A stretch of 64,000 nt of DNA. Source: Candidatus Poribacteria bacterium (GTDB lineage Bacteria > Poribacteria > WGA-4E > WGA-3G). The translations under genes were made by a program, and so were the position numbers. The notes beneath the pieces are model-generated. The model had not been told where the DNA came from, did no database searches, and saw nothing but the letters and a program-made list of their open reading frames with translations. The stretch spans positions 16,626 through 80,625 of the forward strand of contig CBDDPD010000001.1 in assembly GCA_965232115.1 (NCBI GenBank), in the 5' to 3' direction. Shown piece by piece: positions 50,865-60,674 of the stretch (its first letter is position 1; each line of letters opens with the position of its first letter).

Positions 50865-51263
50865 CTAAAGGTCCAGATGTGGAAATACAAACAGATAGTA
50901 GGAAGCAGAACTCAGAGCACTTCCGACAGCACAGCCGATGACCGCTGCTTGAAGCCGTCGCCGTTGGGCGTTCTGCTGGTAGACTTGCGTGTACGCGTCA
51001 ACATACGCCGGCGATTTTCCCAGTAACGCCCCGACCGGTATCTCTGGCTTCGCTAAGTATGCGTAAACAGGCGCGATACACCCACAGACGAAACCCGCAG
51101 CCCCCCAAGCAAAGGGCGAGACGTTGAGTTCTGCATCTCTACGGGCATCTGCGGTCGCCTGTTCCACTTCCGAAATCTGTTGTGCATTGGCGATTTGAGA
51201 CACAACAAACAGAAACAAAATGATAAAAATAACGAATATGTGAAAAACCTTATTGATTTTCAT
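50865..51263 (-). CDS. Secreted/membrane hypothetical protein
   Basis: Signal peptide and two hydrophobic segments; AAGGAG RBS. Confidence 0.65.
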   Translation of the reverse strand: MKINKVFHIFVIFIILFLFVVSQIANAQQISEVEQATADARRDAELNVSPFAWGAAGFVCGCIAPVYAYLAKPEIPVGALLGKSPAYVDAYTQVYQQNAQRRRLQAAVIGCAVGSALSSASYYLFVFPHLDL

Positions 51264-51503
51264 TGAAGTTTTCTCCTTAGATTCTTTCTTTATTTTATCT
51301 TCATGGGGTCCAGCGACCGAATTTCAACTGACTACCATAATCAAACTTCCCTTCCAGCACCCTCCAGCTCTCCTGAAAACCCTCTAACTTACCTAATCCC
51401 ATTGGAGAACCAGAGGCTTCTTAAAATCCGTGACAATCCGCACAATCCGCGAGAATCCGCGATTTGCGGCGTACTCGCCCAAATGCGACGTGCATTCAGA
51501 CAA

Positions 51504-52808
51504 TTACCCAACTTCCCCCATAATCCTCGCCTTCTCATCGTCATACGCCGCATCCACGGGTGCCAGCAACTCCTGACAGAACTCTGCGGCGAGAATGCTA
51601 TCAATGTCTGCTTTCACCATGCCGCCCTTCTGATATGCCGACATCGCCGACGCGTGTTCATCAAGCCGTTGACGGACGATGTAGGATTGGACCCTTTCCG
51701 CCGCAGCTTCCACGAGTTCCGGTTTCGCATGGATGAGTTGACGGATAATGGTATCTCGCTTGACTTTGAACTCTGCCTGCAAGTCCTCAAGTTCCTTTTC
51801 CCTAACTTTCTCGGCTCGCATCTGACGCTCTTTCTGCACACGTTCGTCCTGATAGTTGTCGCGGATCGCCTCAATGATATAACCCGCACGATTCTGCACA
51901 CCTACCGCATCCAGCGACATCTCAATCTTTTCAGAAATATACGCCAGGAAATCTGGGTACGCGCCAGACAGCGGCATCTTTTCAGGATTCACGAAATCCC
52001 ACTCCTGTGCTGCGATCTTCAAGGCAACGTTCCGCTCAATCCTCGCTTGGACGAGTTCAACGGCAACAGGGGGGAGGTTCTCTATATCCGGGAACAACGA
52101 CTCCTGGACCGGGAACTCCTTGACCCTCATGATACGGAACTTCAACTCAGCGATCCGACGCCCCGCGCGTTTCTGCTCAACCTCTACAAGATAGTCCGTC
52201 TCTTTATTGATCTCCTTGACTGCAGGCTTGATAACGGCACGGTTGAAGATACTAAACGCCGGATACTCATCGCTTTCTATCCCGAGAAGCTGTCTAAACG
52301 TCCCAAGTGGAATGAAGGGCGTTTCGCCTTGGTCACGCTCAGTATCAAAATAGTCGAAACACAACTCCCACAAGACCAACGCATACTGCTTTTTGAACCG
52401 GTTTTGCAGACGGAGATTCAACTTGGCGTAGACACGTGGGTTATAGAGCTTCAGACGCAGATGCGGCGCAAAGGCATACGTACAGACACCATCTTCGATT
52501 TCAACGGAAGCCAATAGACCTGCCACACCCCACTTCTGCTTGTTGTCTTTTTCCAAGAGGTTCCATTCAACCTCACACGCACGGAGTTCCCTTAACACCT
52601 CTTTTAGATACTCCTCGTTCTTACTACCGAAACCTAATTTCGCCGCCAATTCCACCATACTCACATGATGAATTTCCTGATTCGGGAGTTCATTGTACGC
52701 ATTGGCGAGTAGCACGTTCCACGCTCGACGTTGCAGTAGCGAAATTTTGCTCTGAATCTGTATCGCTGGACTCGCCTTGACGAATTCGTTGATCTTCGCT
52801 AAATTCAT
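51504..52808 (-). CDS. Plasmid replication initiator (Rep_3/RepB family)
   Basis: ISLLQRRAWNVLL, YAKLNL...FKKQYALVLWEL, FRQLLG...Y...FNRAVIKPAVKEIN; adjacent iterons. Confidence 0.88.
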   Translation of the reverse strand: MNLAKINEFVKASPAIQIQSKISLLQRRAWNVLLANAYNELPNQEIHHVSMVELAAKLGFGSKNEEYLKEVLRELRACEVEWNLLEKDNKQKWGVAGLLASVEIEDGVCTYAFAPHLRLKLYNPRVYAKLNLRLQNRFKKQYALVLWELCFDYFDTERDQGETPFIPLGTFRQLLGIESDEYPAFSIFNRAVIKPAVKEINKETDYLVEVEQKRAGRRIAELKFRIMRVKEFPVQESLFPDIENLPPVAVELVQARIERNVALKIAAQEWDFVNPEKMPLSGAYPDFLAYISEKIEMSLDAVGVQNRAGYIIEAIRDNYQDERVQKERQMRAEKVREKELEDLQAEFKVKRDTIIRQLIHAKPELVEAAAERVQSYIVRQRLDEHASAMSAYQKGGMVKADIDSILAAEFCQELLAPVDAAYDDEKARIMGEVG

Positions 52809-52932
52809 TTTTTAATTATTCCTTGCGGTTCGGTGAGATGGGTTGAATAACCAACGCTCCTCTCCGTATACCTGGGGGAAACACCCCAGCAAAAACCCTG
52901 CGCCTGCTTCGCAGTGAGAATGCAGGCTACGG
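52809..52932 (-). repeat. Shared leader repeat upstream of rep
   Basis: Inverted copy of 60551-60674; ends ACCGAACCGCAAGGAATAATTAAAAA-ATG. Confidence 0.8.
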
Positions 52933-53080
52933 GCTTTGTGTCTATAGTCAAGAGGAAACCTTCCGTTAGCGAAGGGCTCTTGTAACTAACAACCGACAAC
53001 TGAAAGGATTTTCGCAGAAAATCCGTACTGATAACCATTCTACAATTAATATGAACATCTATCAAGGTAATTTTTCATAT

Positions 53081-53640
53081 TTAACCCCATAAACGTTCAC
53101 TTTAAAGTCAAAACGCCTGAATTATCCTCCAGATACAAGCAGGAATCTACAGGCTTCACCACCGGCTTTTACCTCATTCCGTTGTGTAGTACTTACAGAA
53201 ATCGTAGATTTCCTGTCTGACTTCCTGCTTCGTCGTTTCGTGACTCTCAACGAGGTATTACAGAAACTCCACAGGCGTTTTACGTCTCCTCGCAACTCGT
53301 GGCGAAGGGTTAAGGTTTAAGTTGGACACAGGTTAATAGCAGCATTTAGGTCTCGGAATTCTACAGATTTTCTCGGACTGCACAGGAACTTCCAGAATCC
53401 GCGCCAATCCGCGATTCAGACTTCCCCACAGATGTTCATATTAAGGTTTTTTCTTCATTGTCAAGCTCGCTGAGGATATAGGCGCATTGATTATATTTCC
53501 CCACAAACGTTCATATTAAGGTTTTTTCTTCCCCATAAACGTTCATGTTTAACCCCATAAACGTTCATGTTTAACCCCATAAACGTTCACTTTAATCCCC
53601 ATAAACGTTCATGTTTAACCCCATAAACGTTCATGTTTAA
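53081..53640. repeat. Iterons of the plasmid origin
   Basis: Five tandem 22-bp units CCCCATAAACGTTCATGTTTAA (53531-53640), plus variants at 53085, 53424, 53499; AT-rich tract follows. Confidence 0.9.
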
Positions 53641-53991
53641 GTCTGGGAAGTCAGGTGTGGCGTGGTCGCGTGGCACCCTTAAACATATTAAACAAGAATT
53701 AAAAATATTAAAATCGTTAAACAACATACACCAAAACGATGATTTCCTGAACCCAGGAGCCTCCGATCTTCTGTTGTTTAACCAATTTAAAATTTATTTA
53801 AAACAGGAAAAACGGGCAGGAATTGTGCGGAAAGGTATAAAACTTACTTGTTATATATGTAAAAATTCATTTAAAAGGAGAATTCGATAAAAAAGTGTTG
53901 CATAACTAACTTATCGTGAATATACTATTTCAGGACACTTAAAAATTGCACTGAGCCATTCAAAAAAACTTGTGGTATTTTTTTTTCTGCG

Positions 53992-54525
53992 TTGATGGCA
54001 GTGCATTTATACCTTGCTCGCGTGCTTACCACGCGCGCACGTTTTGTGTGTTATACACTGTACATCAACAAAAAGGTTATTATGCTCACATACTTTTGCC
54101 TCCCGTCTTACGTGCTTGTCTTGTTAAAAGGGAAGCCTTATGTATTACACGTACTCTCCGTGCTCTGTGCACACCGCAGCACCAAGACAAATAATTCCTA
54201 CCTTATGTCGATCCCGAAGATCGCCAAGATCGTGGGGATTTCAATACGAAAAGCCTATGATTGCATAGACGAACTGATGGAACTTAACCTCATTGAGGAA
54301 TTCTCAAATCACAGAGGTGAGAAGATGTTTCACCTCCTCTTCCTGGATACCCGCCGCCAACCCACCGACTCACAAGATCGTCAGGCACTTGAAGCGGAAT
54401 GGGCGGAATTTATGAGGGAAATGGAAGAATGTGATGTTCTTCCGGACAAGCAGGAAACCTCCGAAACCGACACGGAAGACCTCTCTCTCAAGCAGCAACT
54501 AAAGGAGATGGACAACGATGGATAA
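53992..54525 (+). CDS. HTH protein (start uncertain)
   Basis: SIPKIAKIVGISIRKAYDCIDELMELNLIE. Confidence 0.55.
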   Translation: MMAVHLYLARVLTTRARFVCYTLYINKKVIMLTYFCLPSYVLVLLKGKPYVLHVLSVLCAHRSTKTNNSYLMSIPKIAKIVGISIRKAYDCIDELMELNLIEEFSNHRGEKMFHLLFLDTRRQPTDSQDRQALEAEWAEFMREMEECDVLPDKQETSETDTEDLSLKQQLKEMDNDG

Positions 54526-55195
54526 AGCAACGGATAAAGCAACCCTTTATGCAGAAACCTTTTATGGGGGCGACATCCCAATTTCGCAAGCCATCCCTAT
54601 CAAACAGTCTATCATGCAACTGGTGATGGTCCTTCAGAATGACATCCGGAATAAAGTCCGGAACATTACGCCGCAGTCACTCGAAAAAGCAGTTCTCGCT
54701 GGACTTCATGCCATGCACGAACATGGTGCAAGGCACCCGAACATCCATCGCACCGACAACGGCATCTACCTCAAAGGCTTTCAGATCGCACTCGCAAAAA
54801 CGCGAGAGCTCAAGTCAATGGCGCAGGCGAATGCTGAAAAACGTAAGCAGGAGCAGAAGATTGCCCAGCGCATGGCACCGCACGACCAAAAGGCGGCCGC
54901 GCTTTATGATCTCTACAGCCGCTATAAAGAACACTACGTAAAAGAGGGCGTGGACACACCGAAGATCGCTGCCTATAGAGCCTTGCTGCAAGCGATGCAA
55001 GCGAAAGGGCTCGATTTGGAAGGCTACGCCTATTATGTGGTTACCATGAAAATCCCTACGGAAGAGGGGATTCTTTACGACGATGCGGTCGTTAAGATCT
55101 TCAACGACCACCCCAGAATACATAACATGGAATTTGGGGGTCCGAGAATGGAAGTCAACGGTGAGAAAGTCACAGGAAACCACCTCCTTCATTAA
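54518..55195 (+). CDS. Hypothetical protein
   Basis: 225 aa ORF overlapping previous stop. Confidence 0.65.
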   Translation: MDKATDKATLYAETFYGGDIPISQAIPIKQSIMQLVMVLQNDIRNKVRNITPQSLEKAVLAGLHAMHEHGARHPNIHRTDNGIYLKGFQIALAKTRELKSMAQANAEKRKQEQKIAQRMAPHDQKAAALYDLYSRYKEHYVKEGVDTPKIAAYRALLQAMQAKGLDLEGYAYYVVTMKIPTEEGILYDDAVVKIFNDHPRIHNMEFGGPRMEVNGEKVTGNHLLH

Positions 55196-55200
55196 AATTG

Positions 55201-55393
55201 AGCATCTTGCACCCCATGCAAGCATCTTGCACCCCATGCAAGCACCTTGCACCCCATGCAAGCACCTTGCACCCCATGCAAGATGTCCAGAATTTGAACA
55301 GCCACGCGCCTACGTGTGACGTGGCTTCCGGGCAAACCCTGTTTTCCTTAATTAATTCTTTAATTAATTTTAAATTAATTCTTAAGGGCTTAA
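55201..55393. repeat. Four tandem 20-bp repeats plus AT-rich tract (second origin-like site)
   Basis: AGCAYCTTGCACCCCATGCA x4 (55201-55280); TTAATTAATT tract at 55347-55393. Confidence 0.75.
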
Positions 55394-55534
55394 GGGGTGG
55401 AGGTGTCGAAGAAATTGACAAGTAAAAAGCCTAAGGGTGGCATGAGAGAAGCCTTCAGCGGTGAACACAATTGCGAAAATTTCTAACAGGTACACAACGC
55501 GTCCTGTTCAACTGTATTCGACAAAGGAAAATTT

Positions 55535-56659
55535 ATGTTTTTTATACAGCGGCATTCTGAGGATATGCCGGCAGTCAATGGGTTTTTCTATTATGGAACG
55601 CAGCTTCCGAAAAATCACTGTGATTCTATTGTTAACTGGACACATCCAGTGGATATAGCAGGATTCACTGAAGAGATACATGCCGATATGTTTACAGGGG
55701 ATCCAAGATGGAAACCGCAACGACATCGGGCAACACGCTTGCAGGTATTGGCAGACCTGAAACTCTGCCTATATGATATGTTCCCAGATTGCAAATCGCC
55801 ACTGCTTATAAATCGGGATATACTTCGTGCTCTGCGGAACGTTGACCTTGAATTCGAGACTTTGCCGAGTACCGATAAAACGGTATGGTTCCTGCAGAAG
55901 CGTGAATACTACGATCATCAAGGTGAACAGAAGACGAAATGGGTTCGTATGACCGAGGCGGTCGTCTTTGAAGCGATCGAGTCTGGCGATATTATACTCG
56001 GCGAGGCTGTACGGAACGTGGCGCGCACGGTTTTCGGGAAAAAAGGAGCTGACTGGATAGCTTTTGAGATCCATCAGAAGAAGGTATTGACAGAAGGCAG
56101 TCAGATGGTTCCAGGGTTTCGGTTTGAACTTTACACCCCTACAGACCCTGGACGGCTTGTGTCGATTGCATGGACGGATGAGGTTTCTCGGTCCGCGGAT
56201 CCCTGCGATCTCAGCGTGTTGTGCGATAATTTCAATGGATCTATCTCTAAGATGCCGCCGCCTGATACGGATCCTAACGGAGAACCCATAGATATGCTGC
56301 GAGCGAACTGGAGGAATAAGGTTCGGCTTGATTGGCGAACCTATTACCCGCTCTACTTGAAATCGGCAGAATGGTATCTTGTGCGTCAGGTGTTTTTCAT
56401 AGTGTCGCTTGGGAAACCCTGTGCCAATATTGGATGTGATACAGAAGCAACGCAAATCCACCATCTGTCTTATAGGACCGTCGGTTGTGAGAGATTTGTG
56501 GACTTGATACCCCTGTGCCAGCGGTGCCATGCCTATTTCCACCAGCGCGTGAAGGTACTTGGAAAGTCGGATGTAGAGGGAATACAAAGGCTACATGAGA
56601 ACCGAGCAGTTTCCCCAGAGCCGTTGCAGCCACTACAGGTGAGATTGAGGCTTAATTGA
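55535..56659 (+). CDS. Protein with C-terminal HNH domain
   Basis: YLKSAEW...C...C...HHLSY...LCQRCH...H. Confidence 0.7.
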   Translation: MFFIQRHSEDMPAVNGFFYYGTQLPKNHCDSIVNWTHPVDIAGFTEEIHADMFTGDPRWKPQRHRATRLQVLADLKLCLYDMFPDCKSPLLINRDILRALRNVDLEFETLPSTDKTVWFLQKREYYDHQGEQKTKWVRMTEAVVFEAIESGDIILGEAVRNVARTVFGKKGADWIAFEIHQKKVLTEGSQMVPGFRFELYTPTDPGRLVSIAWTDEVSRSADPCDLSVLCDNFNGSISKMPPPDTDPNGEPIDMLRANWRNKVRLDWRTYYPLYLKSAEWYLVRQVFFIVSLGKPCANIGCDTEATQIHHLSYRTVGCERFVDLIPLCQRCHAYFHQRVKVLGKSDVEGIQRLHENRAVSPEPLQPLQVRLRLN

Positions 56660-56719
56660 AATGACCCAGATGGCACTAAGGCAGCCTTTGATCATCTGAT
56701 CTCTGCTGTGCAGATTTGA

Positions 56720-57030
56720 AACTGTGCAGATGTGAAAGCGTGCAGGTGTGCACACCTGCAGAATATCAAAAGTAGTAGTAGGCACGCTCCGTCGTGCCGT
56801 CCACTCAGGAGGAACCCTTGAAAATTACCAAAGAGAGGTTCCACGACCTCATCCAAATTGAGCGAGAAGCCCAACTGTGCAGATGTGAAAGCGTGCAGGT
56901 GTGCACACCTGCAGAATATCAATATTAAAAGTAGTAGGCACGCTCCGTCGTGCCGTCCACTCAGGAGGAACCCTTGAAAATTACCAAAGAGAGGTTCCAC
57001 GACCTCATCCAAATTGAGCGAGACGCCCAA
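56720..57030. repeat. Tandem duplication of ~153 bp containing phased octamers and a gene start
   Basis: 56720-56872 vs 56873-57030. Confidence 0.85.
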
Positions 57031-57113
57031 GACGAGAAGTGGGGCGAACAGCGACACAGTGATGAAAAGTGGTTAGCCATCCTACAACATCCAAGACGCT
57101 CAAAGGAAGATCC

Positions 57114-57398
57114 ATGGCGAGACACGAAATTCTAAACTATCTCCATCAGCAAGAACCTGATGCGATTATCGGGCTCACCCTCTTCATTGAAGTTCAACAG
57201 TGTTTTTCCGATTGGTGCTTAGACCTCGCGGAAGAACTGGAAATTGAGGACGCTATTGATGTTGCGAATGCCATCGATGAACTGGAAAGAGCCAATATCT
57301 TATCTCTAAATATGGCAGACCTTGAAGATGACTACATCTGCAATGTCGAGTTTCGGCAACCGTTCAACCCCAATCAACTTCTGATAAAATTTGGATAG
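57114..57398 (+). CDS. Hypothetical protein
   Basis: AAGGA RBS; acidic. Confidence 0.5.
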   Translation: MARHEILNYLHQQEPDAIIGLTLFIEVQQCFSDWCLDLAEELEIEDAIDVANAIDELERANILSLNMADLEDDYICNVEFRQPFNPNQLLIKFG

Positions 57399-57454
57399 AG
57401 GTACGACTTATCCTGTAAATCCCTAAATCCTGATTCAGACAAAGGAGAAACCCT

Positions 57455-57649
57455 GTGTCACAAACGATAACAATGGCGGATGTTCGACGCGGCTGGATTG
57501 ACTGCCAAACCTGCGGAGATACCCTGCGCATTTTCTACCACCAGCGCTGTCCGACATGTCACACGGAATTCACACTGCCCGAAAAGCCGCCGACACAACG
57601 GAAGGAACGAGATAGCACACCTGAAAACAACCTGCAAGCTCGCACATGA
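57455..57649 (+). CDS. Small zinc-ribbon protein
   Basis: AAGGAG RBS; CQTC...CPTC. Confidence 0.5.
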   Translation: MSQTITMADVRRGWIDCQTCGDTLRIFYHQRCPTCHTEFTLPEKPPTQRKERDSTPENNLQART

Positions 57650-57867
57650 ACAGACGTGCAGGTGTGAAGGTGTGCACACTCTCACAATTCGGGCAAAAGA
57701 CATCGCAGATGAAGGCGTGGCTGGAGCGGATCGCTGACAACCCATAGAAGTGAGCGAACCAAAAACCATCCACTTTAGGTTGGATGTATGGATTGCGAGA
57801 AAAAACGCTCAAAACTCAGAACACGATTTGAAATCAAAAAACGCATGGAGGCGATAAAAGCGACCTC

Positions 57868-58782
57868 ATGAACACACCCCTTTCCAAAAGACTCAAGAAA
57901 CTGCGCCTCGGCGTAGGACTCACACAAAAACAACTCGGTGAGGCACTACACCTCTCGAGTCTCTACAAATCACCACCGGGCAAGATTGTAGCCGACTACG
58001 AAAGCGGACTGCGCATACCTACGAAGGAGGTCATTTCAGGATACGCCAATTATTTTATGCTTCATCCGAATCACCTTGAGACACTTCGGCGAAAATCCAT
58101 TGAGCAGCGACAGGAGAAAAGGTTGAAAGGGTGTAAAACCGCATTGAGTCGGATACTGAAAAAGGCGCGTCTTGATGCGGGTTTGACGATGAAGGAAACC
58201 GCATTGAAATTAAGGTTGGGTGATTTCTATCCACCGATAGCGAGAAACCCGGGTGCCGTGAAGGCTCGGATGTCTTTTTGGGAAGCCGGCAGGCGGTGTC
58301 CTGCAGAGGAAGTGCTACGACGGTACACCGATGTTTTTGGGATCTCGGTTCCTGTGGATGAAAAAACGGAAGTATCGGTGAATGGGGGCGGGATGCCGCA
58401 TTTACAGGATGAGGTCTCCGAGATCGCGCTTCCACCGCAAACGTTGCCCGCGGCATCAAGGCACAACGGAAACCGGGAACTGCAATCCTCGTCGGAAAAT
58501 CGGGCATCTGCAGGGTTTCAGCCCGCAGATGGTAACGGTCTTACTCACAGACAGAGGGATGCGCAACGAAGTGGGGAGGCAAGAAGCCTTCTTGGAGACC
58601 CCCCACCTTCGCCCCGATTTTCCGAAGAAACCATCTATTACCACTGCACCCGGCGGAGTCGGTGCGGGATGCCTATAGAGATCACGCGACACCACTATGA
58701 TGCAGACGGAGAACTGATACGGATTGAGAGTGTCAGTGTGAGTTGTCCTGAAGAAAGTAGGCGTGTGCTACATGCAAACTGA
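57868..58782 (+). CDS. Tandem XRE-family HTH regulator
   Basis: Two units LKKLR...GLTQKQL...YESG.R.P and LKKAR...GLT...WEAG.R.P. Confidence 0.75.
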   Translation: MNTPLSKRLKKLRLGVGLTQKQLGEALHLSSLYKSPPGKIVADYESGLRIPTKEVISGYANYFMLHPNHLETLRRKSIEQRQEKRLKGCKTALSRILKKARLDAGLTMKETALKLRLGDFYPPIARNPGAVKARMSFWEAGRRCPAEEVLRRYTDVFGISVPVDEKTEVSVNGGGMPHLQDEVSEIALPPQTLPAASRHNGNRELQSSSENRASAGFQPADGNGLTHRQRDAQRSGEARSLLGDPPPSPRFSEETIYYHCTRRSRCGMPIEITRHHYDADGELIRIESVSVSCPEESRRVLHAN

Positions 58783-58988
58783 AATTGCGATAACTGATGG
58801 GTTATAAGTTATAAGTGCGTTCCGCTTCGCTCCACTTTTGGTGGTAGGTGGTTAGTTGTAGGACTCTTAACTCTTAACCAATAACCTAAAGCGAATGTAG
58901 TGAGCGCACCTACAACTCATCTCATAAAGGAGAATTCAACGTAACCGCTCTTGCAAATCCAACGTTTTTATTTCCATGTGCAGAACAT

Positions 58989-59040
58989 CACATCTGCACA
59001 GTATCACATCTGCATACCTGCAGGTGTGCACACTTGCACA
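58989..59040. promoter_or_regulatory. Phased octamer array, candidate par operator/centromere
   Basis: CACATCTG CACAGTAT CACATCTG CATACCTG CAGGTGTG CACACTTG upstream of parA. Confidence 0.55.
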
Positions 59041-59224
59041 AAGTCCTCTTCTGTAGGAGCAGCGAAAGGCACACGATCAGAATCATCGTGAGGGTGTGCT
59101 TTCGCAGAGTTCCACTCGCGATTTTGACCAAAGGCATAGCCTGCAACAACGGCGCAGGCGATTCTACGGGATGGACGGAGGAGGTCCTAATCCACCTGAC
59201 CGAACCGCAAGGAATAATTAAAAT

Positions 59225-59845
59225 ATGAAGACACTCGCAATCTTGAGCAGGAAAGGCGGGACCGGCAAAACAACCCTCGCGACACACCTATCCGTCGCCG
59301 CGGAACGTGCCGGACACACGACCGCCTTAATAGATTTGGATCCGCAGTCTTCTGCGGCGAAATGGCGTGACAATCGCGATGGCGATACCCCCGCAGTTAT
59401 TTCAACACACTCAGAACGCTTACAACAGATCCTTCAACTCGCAGCGGAAAACGGCGCAACGTTCGCGATTCTGGATACCGCCCCGCATACCGAAGTCGCC
59501 GCACTCGATGCCGCACGTGCTTCAGATATGGCACTCGTGCCTTGCAAACCCTCATTGATTGACCTACAGGCGATCGGCTCCACCATCGATGTTGTCAACC
59601 TCGCAAAAGTGCCGGCACACATCGTTTTGAACGCCGTGCCACCCCGCGGGGATCTCGCCGAACAAGCGCGAGAAGCCGTAGAGGTGTACGATGTCCCCTG
59701 TGCTCCATGCGAAATCGGGCATCGGATCGGTTTCGTCCATGCCTACAACGCAGGGCTGACCGTCCAAGAGTTTGAACCGAGCGGTAAAGCCAGTAACGAG
59801 ATCAATGCACTTTACGCATACATCGCAAATGAGATGGGGGTATAA
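59225..59845 (+). CDS. parA: Type Ib partition ATPase
   Basis: KGGTGKTT, IDLDPQ, LDTAP; short form without N-terminal HTH. Confidence 0.92.
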   Translation: MKTLAILSRKGGTGKTTLATHLSVAAERAGHTTALIDLDPQSSAAKWRDNRDGDTPAVISTHSERLQQILQLAAENGATFAILDTAPHTEVAALDAARASDMALVPCKPSLIDLQAIGSTIDVVNLAKVPAHIVLNAVPPRGDLAEQAREAVEVYDVPCAPCEIGHRIGFVHAYNAGLTVQEFEPSGKASNEINALYAYIANEMGV

Positions 59846-59846
59846 T

Positions 59847-60128
59847 ATGGGAACTGGAAAGAAAGTCAATCTCGCAGAAGTTTTTAGACAGAACGAGGAA
59901 CCCCAGAAACCGGAACTGGAAGTCGTTGAATCTGAACAGTCTGTAGGGGCGAGGTCCCCTCGCCCGCCCTCTCGCGAGAAGAAAAAGCATATCGGCGGCT
60001 ATTTCGACGAAGCCGTCTACCGACAAATGAAACACATCGGTGTCGAGAAGGGAATGACCACGCAAGAGATATTAGCAGACGCGTTGAACGGATTCTTTCA
60101 GCGTAACGATAAACCACCGATTGCCTGA
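59847..60128 (+). CDS. Ribbon-helix-helix partition protein (ParG-like)
   Basis: Follows parA; KKHIGGYFDEAVYRQMK...TQEILADALN. Confidence 0.75.
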   Translation: MGTGKKVNLAEVFRQNEEPQKPELEVVESEQSVGARSPRPPSREKKKHIGGYFDEAVYRQMKHIGVEKGMTTQEILADALNGFFQRNDKPPIA

Positions 60129-60340
60129 GAGGCATTCACGCCTGATAAGCAAAATTACAGGGACACCTGACGGCTGACGGTTAATCGCTGACTGCCGATA
60201 CCCAACACACAGGGCAGAGGCTTGGAAGGGGCTTGTAGGCGATTCTCGACAGGATTTTTTTCAGGGTTATTGGTTATAAGTGGTTATAGGTTTTTAGTTC
60301 GTTCCGCGCAACCCGAACCTACAACCCTACAACGAAAACA

Positions 60341-60550
60341 ATGCTTTCCGATTTACACTTCAATATTTTAGACACTGCCAACCGCGAGGTATCGCGCCGT
60401 TTTGCGAAACTCCGTAAAGCACGCGCCAGTCGCGATCCGAACGGTATCAAACGGGCTGAGATGGCGTATTACCACTCGTTGCAGCACCTTTACGCCGCCG
60501 TGCAAGATGCCGTTGCCGACGGAAGCCCCCCTTCACCTGTAGGAGAATAG
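60341..60550 (+). CDS. Hypothetical protein
   Basis: 69 aa ORF. Confidence 0.4.
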   Translation: MLSDLHFNILDTANREVSRRFAKLRKARASRDPNGIKRAEMAYYHSLQHLYAAVQDAVADGSPPSPVGE

Positions 60551-60674
60551 CCGTAGCCTGCATTCTCACTGCGAAGCAGGCGCAGGGTTTTTGCTGGGGT
60601 GTTTCCCCCAGATATACGTCGATTCACCTTATTTACCTGACCCGCCTGACCGAACCGCAAGGAATAATTAAAAA

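Noticed and set aside
51303-52517. 404-aa plus-strand ORF
   Set aside because: Antisense shadow of rep with no recognisable motifs; similar shadow ORFs over virion genes were also ignored.
53531-53640. CRISPR array
   Set aside because: Repeats are contiguous with no unique spacers and lie beside rep, consistent with iterons; no cas genes in the window.
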